A stretch of DNA of 64,000 nt from Euprymna scolopes (Eukaryota), in assembly GCA_053919585.1 (NCBI GenBank), contig CM132785.1; one strand, given 5' to 3'. Position numbers and translations under genes: made by a program. Below the pieces are notes generated by a model, which worked only from the letters and a program-made list of their open reading frames with translations, was not told where the DNA came from and searched no databases. Below are positions 58,401 through 64,000 of this stretch, piece after piece (the first letter of the stretch is position 1; every line of letters begins with the position of its first letter).

Positions 58401-61400
58401 TATTTCAGAGTACACATATGTTTCAATTATTTTAACAGAATTGTATATTATGATGTTTTGCTGCATCTAAAAACAGCGAAAAATGATTGATAACTGTATA
58501 TTTCGAAATATGATTTATACTATCAATACTTCACTGTATAGTTTGAAACGTAACATTATGCACCTAAATTTAAATATAATTTAACTTTTGAATTACATCA
58601 TTTAACCATATATAAGATTTTATTTAAAAAGCTGCCTGTGAATTATTAACATTAAAATATAAAGATCATTTGTAATTATCTGTAATTTTCTAACCTCCAA
58701 ATCCGCCTCCTAATTTGTGAAGAGCTTCCCGTGCCTCACGAAGGTCCAAGCCAAGTTCTGGAAATCGGGCATTTTCGGCCACCTGGATAAGTCGTTCTAA
58801 AGCCAATCGGTCGTGATGCTTTACAGCTGAACGTAACTGGTCACTCAGAGTGCTTGGTGACACAGACACGTCTGCAGAGACATCTATATGGAATAATTTA
58901 CGACAATTCGCTCAGAATCAATAATAAGTATATCTTTCAAACTGGCAATATTTGTTTGATTGAAATGTTTAAATATAGGTTTTTAGTTGGTTTACTAATT
59001 CTTAATTTTTTTCATGTAATTGTGATTCATTTAAATAGAAAAATGTAACTTATTACACAAATAGATGAAAAATCTCAAGCATTTTTTGTCAATTCGTACG
59101 AATTTTTAATAATTCAAAATGTGTTTTATTTAGCTAATTACTTCCGAGATAAATCACCTAAACGATTAATGTATCTCGATTAATGTATCTCGAAAATTAC
59201 AGAGTCCTTACACTTAAGTTAAAAAAGATATAAAATACCCTTCCATTGTTGAGGGTGATTGAAGTACGAATGGTTGATCAAGGAATATAATAGTGTAGTT
59301 AAAGAGATATATTAAACTAAGAATGCTCCTAAGAGCTTGGAACAAAGTACCAGGAATTGATCTTATAGGATTTACAAGCTGATACCAAGAATTCTGAAAT
59401 CGAGAGGGTCTCAACAATATAGTAAGGATTTGAATATTGCATGAGGCCTCAATAGCGGAATCGCCTTGCAATCAGGTATCAGAATTGCCCCCTTTCAGAA
59501 TTTCCCCGAAGAATTTCGTAACAGTGTACTTGAATCTCTAGAGACTACCCCGGAAATTCTGCACTGCTCGGAATCACAGAAAGTAGAACTGTCAATATTT
59601 ATTTAACATATATCGTTTCAGCTGGCATCGTCAAAGCATAAATCAAAAAATTCATTCACCATGATTCCCGTATTAAGACATTATCAAAATTCATTTTTAA
59701 CATGCTTTATAATAAATACATTTGACGACATTTGTTTAAATACTTAAATGCTTTATAATAAATAAAGTTATAGTTCTATTTTTTAAATAAAATTATAAAG
59801 AGTTAAGAAAAATAATCGAAAGCGGGGTAAATGTTTCGAACCTTCTTCTCCTGGTTTCTCCTGGTATATTCGTAGGCTAGGAAGTTTCACATGGTAGCCA
59901 GGAATTGTCAGAGATCCTGATGACCAAAAATGTTTAAGAAAAAGAGTTTAAAAATACTCTGATATTAGACATTAAATCATGTTTATTTTTATTTCGTAAT
60001 GTGATGATTTGGAAGCAATTTATTCAGCAGAGATGAATCGTTTTTCAGTTACTTTAAAGGAATACTCCATTAAGAAATAATATATAAATAAGTAAGGAAA
60101 TTTGTTACAGTAGAACCCCGGGATACGGCACTAAAATTAGTAACAAAGTATAGCATATATTAGACATGTATATAATCAAATCCGTAACCAGGGGCCGGAA
60201 AAAAAAACATCGTATTCCACATGGTAACCTGAAAAAATTGTATCCTAGGGCCACCGTATCCTAGGGTTCTACTGTATATGATTTTTTGTGAAGCTTTCTG
60301 TTTATATAATAATATCTATCGCTGCAATATATGAATAATATATCAAGTATTAAAATAGCCTAACGATGAATAAACTATAAAGCATTTTTATATTTTACAA
60401 CGATAGAATCTCAGTTGTAATGAAGAAATGCGTTTTAATAGATTCTCTATCTATCTTCTAAATATTTAATAAAACTATAAATTTATTATCTTTAAAACAG
60501 AAATGTGCTTCTTAAGCAGGATAAATTATTACAGATAAAAATGATACAATTCAGATGATGTTAATTCAGTGAATCGTTTAAAATCTTAAATTCGATATAA
60601 GAGATGGAAACAAACCTCGATCACTTTCTTCCAAGGATTCCAGATGGAGTCTGGCGTCCTCGATATCGGGTAAAAGTTCCGTGTGTCCGGAACAGATACA
60701 TTCAGTTATCACTTTCTCTAAAACTTCTGGATCATTTTTCTTCATAGCATCTTCTAGTTTCTGACGGAGTTTATCTACACTCAATTTTCCTGACAAGCAA
60801 AAACGTTCCAATAAAAACATTAACTCCATCCCCATGTACAACATAAGTAGCAGTAAAGAAAAAGAAGAGAAGACTGCGTGACTAAAGTGAGTTGTGCAGT
60901 TTAGATACTACAGCATATGTGCAACCAGAAATGAAAGAATTCGTGATAGAATGAGCCAAGAAGTTATTGACCTCTGATAAAGCAAATATTTAAAATGTAC
61001 GATAGTTATTTCCCAGGTTATCGATGCAATAGAAGTGTACGTACGTGTGTCCAGCCTGCTTCAATAATCACATTTGCAAATATATTTTATGAGCAAGGAA
61101 GGAAAGGCTTAATATTAAACATTATAAATTTTAATAAGTGATAATAATCCAAGAAAGGAAAAGTTAATAACGTATGAAAATTTCATTTTATGGGCTAAAG
61201 AATGAAAGTTTAACTTTGAGAACTAATAATAAAAAATAAAGGAAATAATTTATTTGACTTTTTGGTTACCAAAATAGTATTTGTTTATAGGAAAAGAGGT
61301 GTTTTATTTACATTTTCTGTAGAGATAGACAGTTTATTTGTTTAATGTATAATTTCACCCGCGTATTTATTGTTTCCGTAAAAGTTAACTCGTATATATA

Positions 61401-63289
61401 TTTTTTAGTTGTAAGTTTCACTTCGATTAGTTGTTTCGTTATTTTACAGTAAAATGTACATCGAACGTGATAAGAGTAATGTTCATGTTCTTTTATAACA
61501 TGTGTTACACGATCATTTTTGTTTCGTAGTTTTATAAAGATGATAAATAAACTCCATTATAGAAAGAAAAGCATATAACTAATGATCATATTCATGATGT
61601 ATTGGTTCGTATGAATGTATATTATAAATAAGAAGGGGAAAGATATTGATGCTGTATACCTTGAATCAACAGAAGAAATGCTAGAACACTAGATTCGATA
61701 CGACCAGAAAATAATAGAAAATAAAAAGAAAGTTAAAATGCATTGTTACAACCCACTCCAGTGATAATAAAGAAAAAGGTAGAGTAAAAAAGTGAATGTC
61801 GATATGTGTTGATAAATAAAGTCTATAAAAATTATATATAAATTATAAAAAATTGTCATTTTATTGCTAAAATAAGAATAGGTCGACGTCATGAATAAAA
61901 TAGTATTTGTATTGCTGTAAATCATTTATATTAAATGTTTTAATCGGAAATAAATGTCATAGATATATATACTCAAATTGACATGTCTTTACAATCCGTT
62001 CGACAAAGATGGCGACCACTGGATATTCGTTTATACAATAAATACAAATATATATATATCAACACATTAACAACTGAAGTGCATTAGTAGTCTTTAGAGG
62101 TGGTGCAAAAGCCGATTAAAGTGAGAAACACTACGGAAAGAGTTAACAAATTAATACCCCATACACTGACCTCCACGTCCAAATCCCATACTCTCCAGAG
62201 TGTCTCTGGCCAAACAAAGATCATGAGAAAGTTCCGGATAACCGGCTTCCTCGCCTTCAATGATGGCATTCTCCAATTCAACTTTATTTCTAGTTTTGAT
62301 TGCGGCCACCAGTCGGCCACGGAGAACATCCGGGTATTTCAGATCTGATTAACGTAATTGGTAAGTAAATACCATGTTATATTAAATCATAAAGACATAA
62401 TTGCCTCATTACTGCATTAAAAGTATATGAAAATATTTCGCTGAATTCATTTTATTTAATAAAACATTGTAATGTAATTCTCAAGAAAGTTTGATAACAA
62501 TTTAACAAATGAAAGTGGACGAAATATAGAGCTTACTTTGAATTTAACAGAAAAAAAATTAATGGAGTTTAATTCAAGGGGTTTAAATGTTATAATTTTG
62601 TAGGCAATGTTGCTTTACAAACATGTTTTAGTAAGTAAACATATTTGATAAAGGTCGATATAAATCTGTTTACTCTAACCTCCTTTGCCGCTGTCCAATT
62701 TGTGAAGGGTTTTCCTGGCTTTATGGATGTCATCATCTAAATCAGTAAAGCCGGCTGTCACACAATCTTTAATGGCTTCATCCAACTTCTTCATGTCATT
62801 TGATTCGAAGGCCGCATTCAGTCTTTCATGTAGATTTTCCAGGGAGAGACTTCCTGATAATCGAAAATCAATTTTACTCATATTTTTTCTTAATAAACAA
62901 TAACAGACATAGGTTTTTTTGTTTTGTAAATCAAATGGAATAATTCCTTTATACAATGACTCTACATGCATGGCTTTCATGTTGCCATATTAACTGTATG
63001 AAATGAAACCAATTCTTTTGAATTGTTATGCGTATCATGGTGTGTTATTATTAATATTGGGACTATTAATCAGAATCGAAATCGAAAAAAATCGGAACTC
63101 TCTGAGATATCGGAATCAGAAAAATAATAGATTAATTTCCGATCCAAATGCGATTTTTACTTACTTATTTGTTATTTTGTTCAAATTAAAACGTAATTTT
63201 ATATTTCTCGCACAAATGAATAATATTCATAAATATTTTACAATGAGTTGTAATCTTGGATACGATACATAAAAGGAAAACATTAAGAA

Positions 63290-63356
<67 letters not shown>

Positions 63357-63775
63357 CTAAGATTTTAATGTAAATGAAGACTCTCTGCAAAATTACACAA
63401 TCAGAAAAAAACAATGGAAACCATACTTTTAAGTTGATTTTAAAATGTAGATCGGTAATTGGATCGGAATAAGTAAACATATTGGAATCGTCCCATCACT
63501 AGTTATTATATATAAACATTTTGGTTATAATGGATACCCATTTTATAAGATTAAAATAGATATAAATTATTATGTCGAATATTTCTAACCTCCGAATCCG
63601 CCTCCCATTTTCTTCAGTGCGTCCCGTGCACTACGAAGATCAAACGAAATTTCTGGGTACTTGGCTTCTTCAGCAATGTGGATCAGTTTCTCCAATCTTG
63701 CTCGGTCTTTGTGTTTCACAGCTGACTGCAACTGAGCTCGCAGTCTCGCTGGTGGCAGGTCTTCCAGAGAGATAT
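542..63775 (-). CDS. Partial giant multi-exon gene: tandem array of 39 ~60-aa helical domains plus 10 Pro/Ser linkers in a C-B-A-E-D five-exon super-repeat; both ends outside the window or not visible
   Basis: 49 exons with AG acceptors and GT donors, all phase 1-1, lengths 75-639 nt, all multiples of 3. Shared motif: (S/T)P(E/D)xLRxxLxxAxxxxDxxxLExxIxECxxxG(Y/F/H)PELxxD(I/L)xxARxxLxxxGxGxG. Joining into one transcript is inferred, not observed. Confidence 0.85.
1653..1826 (-). CDS. Exon, class B ([13 protein letters not shown]...SGLPGLD...GGVG), 3' divergent block
   Basis: 174 nt, CAG acceptor, GTTAG donor. Confidence 0.87.
2200..2626. repeat. Imperfect ~50-bp minisatellite, about 7-8 copies, overlapping an exon donor
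   Basis: Unit like acctccataataaaataaatatatgattaaaggcaataagacaatatatg at about 2241, 2291, 2341, 2391, 2440, 2490 and 2616. Confidence 0.85.
2618..2809 (-). CDS. Exon, class C ([18 protein letters not shown]...EYPEIG...GGYG), 3' divergent block
   Basis: 192 nt, TAG acceptor (an in-frame CAG 6 nt downstream would give 186 nt), GTCAG donor. Confidence 0.85.
5086..5724 (-). CDS. Exon, expanded class D linker: 213 aa Ser/Pro/Gln/Arg-rich with RSPQ[P/Q]P hexapeptide repeats
   Basis: 639 nt, pyrimidine tract plus TAG acceptor, GTCAG donor, GC-rich island; begins [11 protein letters not shown] like other D exons ([10 protein letters not shown]). Confidence 0.85.
6817..7254 (-). mobile_element. Non-autonomous Helitron-like element with internal (CA)n
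   Basis: Minus strand starts TCTATATATCTATAAAAG and ends with hairpin CCCGGGCAACGCCGGG followed by CTAG; inserted between A and T with no TSD. Confidence 0.75.
7641..9551. mobile_element. Composite foldback/MITE-like element
   Basis: 7641-7695 is inverted relative to ~9495-9551; ~230-bp direct repeat at ~7720-7953 and ~9108-9343; long imperfect palindrome ~9118-9487 with AATTCAAGATGGCG in both arms. Confidence 0.65.
10795..10963. repeat. ~37-bp unit, two direct copies and one inverted copy, interleaved with (TA)n
   Basis: tttaaatacg(c/t)aatatcgctacgtttttasaaacgca and its reverse complement. Confidence 0.7.
11173..11346 (-). CDS. Exon, divergent class E ([17 protein letters not shown]...[11 protein letters not shown]...GGMRG)
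   Basis: 174 nt, TAG acceptor, GTCAG donor. Confidence 0.86.
11580..11623 (-). pseudogene. Truncated class A pseudo-exon (acceptor plus [14 protein letters not shown] then stop)
   Basis: About 43 nt align without gaps to the acceptor and 5' end of class A exons; sits where A is expected between B and E; in-frame TAG, remainder absent. Confidence 0.65.
12531..12704 (-). CDS. Exon, class B (central expansion)
   Basis: 174 nt, CAG/GTTAG; [12 protein letters not shown]...[18 protein letters not shown]; not in the ORF track. Confidence 0.88.
13297..13482 (-). CDS. Exon, class C
   Basis: 186 nt, CAG/GTCTG; [22 protein letters not shown]... Confidence 0.87.
14032..14187 (-). CDS. Exon, class D linker
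   Basis: 156 nt, TAG/GTTCG; [22 protein letters not shown]...SSDPNER. Confidence 0.82.
14510..14686 (-). CDS. Exon, class E
   Basis: 177 nt, CAG/GTTAG; [12 protein letters not shown]...SSGHSEL. Confidence 0.88.
15585..15761 (-). CDS. Exon, class A (AAG acceptor)
   Basis: 177 nt, AAG/GTCAG; [44 protein letters not shown]. Confidence 0.83.
17521..17694 (-). CDS. Exon, class B
   Basis: 174 nt, CAG/GTTAG. Confidence 0.88.
18813..18998 (-). CDS. Exon, class C
   Basis: 186 nt, CAG/GTTTG. Confidence 0.87.
19652..19798 (-). CDS. Exon, class D linker (9 nt shorter)
   Basis: 147 nt, TAG/GTTAG, open; [18 protein letters not shown]...SSESKQT. Confidence 0.8.
20132..20308 (-). CDS. Exon, class E
   Basis: 177 nt, CAG/GTTAG. 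Confidence 0.88.
20594..20755 (-). pseudogene. Decayed extra class E exon copy
   Basis: Gap-free alignment to the adjacent E exon; acceptor region deleted; terminal GGA codon changed to TAA; GTTAG donor retained. Confidence 0.8.
21211..21282. repeat. 36-bp tandem duplication
   Basis: tttgctcatgttggtcatatttcccccg(a/g)gaactga x2. Confidence 0.8.
22011..22187 (-). CDS. Exon, class A
   Basis: 177 nt, TAG/GTCAG. Confidence 0.88.
22412..22585 (-). CDS. Exon, class B
   Basis: 174 nt, CAG/GTTAG. Confidence 0.88.
23728..23913 (-). CDS. Exon, class C
   Basis: 186 nt, TAG/GTTTG. Confidence 0.87.
24770..24901 (-). CDS. Exon, class D linker (24 nt shorter)
   Basis: 132 nt, TAG/GTTAG, open; [15 protein letters not shown]...SSEPNQR. 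Confidence 0.8.
25225..25401 (-). CDS. Exon, class E
   Basis: 177 nt, CAG/GTTAG. Confidence 0.88.
26835..27011 (-). CDS. Exon, class A
   Basis: 177 nt, TAG/GTTAG. Confidence 0.87.
27491..27664 (-). CDS. Exon, class B
   Basis: 174 nt, TAG/GTTAG. Confidence 0.88.
28662..28847 (-). CDS. Exon, class C
   Basis: 186 nt, CAG/GTCTG. Confidence 0.87.
30199..30354 (-). CDS. Exon, class D linker
   Basis: 156 nt, TAG/GTTAG. Confidence 0.82.
30589..30765 (-). CDS. Exon, class E
   Basis: 177 nt, CAG/GTTAG. Confidence 0.88.
32001..32177 (-). CDS. Exon, class A
   Basis: 177 nt, TAG/GTTAG; not in the ORF track. Confidence 0.87.
32634..32807 (-). CDS. Exon, class B
   Basis: 174 nt, CAG/GTTAG; not in the ORF track. 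Confidence 0.87.
33891..34076 (-). CDS. Exon, class C
   Basis: 186 nt, CAG/GTGTG. Confidence 0.86.
34561..34716 (-). CDS. Exon, class D linker
   Basis: 156 nt, TAG/GTTTG. Confidence 0.82.
35022..35198 (-). CDS. Exon, class E
   Basis: 177 nt, CAG/GTTTG. Confidence 0.86.
36545..36721 (-). CDS. Exon, class A
   Basis: 177 nt, TAG/GTCAG. Confidence 0.87.
38044..38217 (-). CDS. Exon, class B
   Basis: 174 nt, CAG/GTTAG. Confidence 0.88.
39756..39821. repeat. 22-bp tandem repeat x3
   Basis: ttaag(g/a)attcagaa(g/a)tacttcc. Confidence 0.85.
40338..40523 (-). CDS. Exon, class C
   Basis: 186 nt, CAG/GTTTG. Confidence 0.87.
41538..41693 (-). CDS. Exon, class D linker
   Basis: 156 nt, TAG/GTTAG. Confidence 0.82.
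42614..42790 (-). CDS. Exon, class E (somewhat degenerate core, ECISSG to EFLSPG)
   Basis: 177 nt, CAG/GTTAG. Confidence 0.82.
44507..44662 (-). CDS. Exon, class D linker
   Basis: 156 nt, TAG/GTTAG. Confidence 0.82.
44902..45008. mobile_element. ~107-bp near-perfect hairpin, probable MITE, at the edge of a (TA)n tract
   Basis: ~46-50 bp arms (ggcaattaagctacaca...ctag) with 2-3 mismatches, short loop, TA flanks. Confidence 0.65.
45659..45879. repeat. 38-bp minisatellite, ~5.8 copies
   Basis: gt(a/g)tatgtatgggtctacagatatgt(t/a)tgcgtgtaaaa. Confidence 0.92.
47570..47746 (-). CDS. Exon, class E (first exon of the central expansion)
   Basis: 177 nt, CAG/GTTAG. Confidence 0.87.
50921..51000 (-). 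CDS. Candidate terminal exon: short-D-like peptide [26 protein letters not shown] then stop
   Basis: TTTTGATTATCAG acceptor resembling other D acceptors; phase-1 frame similar to the 75-nt D exons; ends in TAA; AATAAA on the minus strand about 165 nt downstream (weak evidence in AT-rich DNA). Confidence 0.6.
51675..51744 (-). mobile_element. Possible decayed tRNA-derived SINE head
   Basis: Minus strand GGAGGCG...TGGTGCACCGG (A-box-like)...GTTCGAATGC (B-box-like); no cloverleaf. Confidence 0.3.
52959..53132 (-). CDS. Exon, class A (5' divergent block)
   Basis: 174 nt, CAG/GTTAG; [43 protein letters not shown]. Confidence 0.87.
53714..53887 (-). CDS. Exon, class B (5' block)
   Basis: 174 nt, CAG/GTTAG; [22 protein letters not shown]...[14 protein letters not shown]. 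Confidence 0.87.
54140..54325 (-). CDS. Exon, class C (5' block)
   Basis: 186 nt, TAG/GTTAG; [20 protein letters not shown]...[12 protein letters not shown]. Confidence 0.86.
54578..54615 (-). pseudogene. Short remnant of a domain exon 3' end (RDMLES... plus GTCAG donor) next to a foldback element
   Basis: ctgacctcc...atactttccagcatgtctctg resembles the class A 3' end ctgacctcc...atactctccagagtgtctctg, with a 1-nt deletion. Confidence 0.4.
54637..55067. mobile_element. Degenerate foldback/MITE with long imperfect terminal inverted repeats
   Basis: ggcaatgtactattatagctgacagcagaaaata matches the reverse complement of tattttctgctgttaactataatgtgccattgcc; internal aatttaagatggcg / ccattatcttgaattt pair. 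Confidence 0.6.
55686..55760 (-). CDS. Exon, short class D linker ([25 protein letters not shown])
   Basis: 75 nt, CAG/GTTCG; paralogous to 59,842-59,916. Confidence 0.78.
56103..56310. repeat. ~105-bp tandem duplication just downstream of an E-exon donor
   Basis: aaaatattttttttaaatatttatttaattcgaaaagaaaagcgcg...gttagcgataatttttataaa x2. Confidence 0.85.
56344..56517 (-). CDS. Exon, class E (5' block)
   Basis: 174 nt, CAG/GTTTG. Confidence 0.86.
57581..57754 (-). CDS. Exon, class A (5' block)
   Basis: 174 nt, CAG/GTTAG; [16 protein letters not shown]...[10 protein letters not shown]. Confidence 0.87.
58094..58267 (-). CDS. Exon, class B (5' block)
   Basis: 174 nt, CAG/GTTAG. Confidence 0.87.
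58695..58883 (-). CDS. Exon, class C (5' block)
   Basis: 189 nt, TAG/GTTAG; [26 protein letters not shown]...RFPELGLDL. Confidence 0.86.
59842..59916 (-). CDS. Exon, short class D linker ([25 protein letters not shown])
   Basis: 75 nt, CAG/GTTCG. Confidence 0.78.
60108..60274. mobile_element. Tc1/mariner (pogo-like) MITE, 167 bp
   Basis: 21-bp TIRs CAGTAGAACCC(CG/TA)GGATACGG with TA target-site duplication. Confidence 0.8.
60616..60789 (-). CDS. Exon, class E (5' block)
   Basis: 174 nt, CAG/GTTTG. Confidence 0.86.
62171..62344 (-). CDS. Exon, class A (5' block)
   Basis: 174 nt, CAG/GTCAG. Confidence 0.87.
62680..62853 (-). CDS. Exon, class B (5' block)
   Basis: 174 nt, CAG/GTTAG. Confidence 0.87.
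63590..63775 (-). CDS. Exon, class C (5'-most exon visible)
   Basis: 186 nt, TAG/GTTAG; [25 protein letters not shown]...KYPEISFDL. Confidence 0.86.
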
Positions 63776-64000
63776 CTAAGTGGAACCATATTATAGTTTT
63801 TTTATTGCATGAAAAGGACTGATAATTTTCATGTATAGAGATTTTTCAAGTGCATTTTTATGCTATATAAAGAGGGATTGATGAATCCCAATTGCTCTGG
63901 CAATATTTATGTTTACTTCTTAATATTTAATGAAAATTTGAATCAAAATATTTCATCATATGAGATGAATAATGATTAATTAGATAAAGTGGGATAGGCT

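Larger units (their letters stand above)
3616..63350. repeat. Dozens of intronic microsatellites: (TA)n, (CA/TG)n, (GA)n, (AAT)n
   Basis: For example 3616-3668, 6588-6663, 16024-16140, 19167-19221, 44299-44366, 48029-48107. Confidence 0.95.

Noticed and set aside
537-62980. Reading the short ORFs ending in GG* as separate small genes or a ubiquitin-like di-glycine polyprotein
   Set aside because: Their starts are intronic and the GG* arises from reading into GTTAG donors. After splicing, B-A and D-C junctions do not give GG, and the domain looks helical rather than beta-grasp.
6503-63480. Many [18 protein letters not shown] and X-filled ORFs
   Set aside because: Translations of microsatellites and N gaps.
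542-63775. Assigning a gene symbol (e.g. hillarin/KY-like) or a species
   Set aside because: No LIM, transglutaminase-like or other diagnostic domain is in the window, and the resemblance is from memory only and needs a profile search.

Overview
AT-rich, microsatellite-rich metazoan genomic scaffold with nine N-gaps; the species cannot be determined from the sequence. The window lies almost entirely inside one large minus-strand, intron-rich locus whose start and final stop are not visible. I located 49 GT-AG-bounded exons, all phase 1-1, with lengths divisible by 3 and open frames (about 8.8 kb, about 2,930 aa if all are joined). 39 exons each encode one copy of a ~58-64 aa predicted three-helix domain in four subfamilies (A, B, C, E). 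10 exons encode Pro/Ser-rich linkers (D). They form a five-exon super-repeat, transcript order C-B-A-E-D, repeated about 10 times. A divergent 5' block (52,959-63,775) and a divergent 3' block (542-11,346) flank a homogeneous central expansion (12,531-47,746). Irregularities include a stop-containing linker-like exon that looks like an alternative last exon (50,921-51,000), three decayed exon copies, a linker expanded into a 213-aa RSPQ[P/Q]P array, and a 50-bp minisatellite built from a splice donor. The introns carry a Helitron, MITE/foldback elements and simple repeats. The six-frame ORF track only shows exon fragments with intronic starts.
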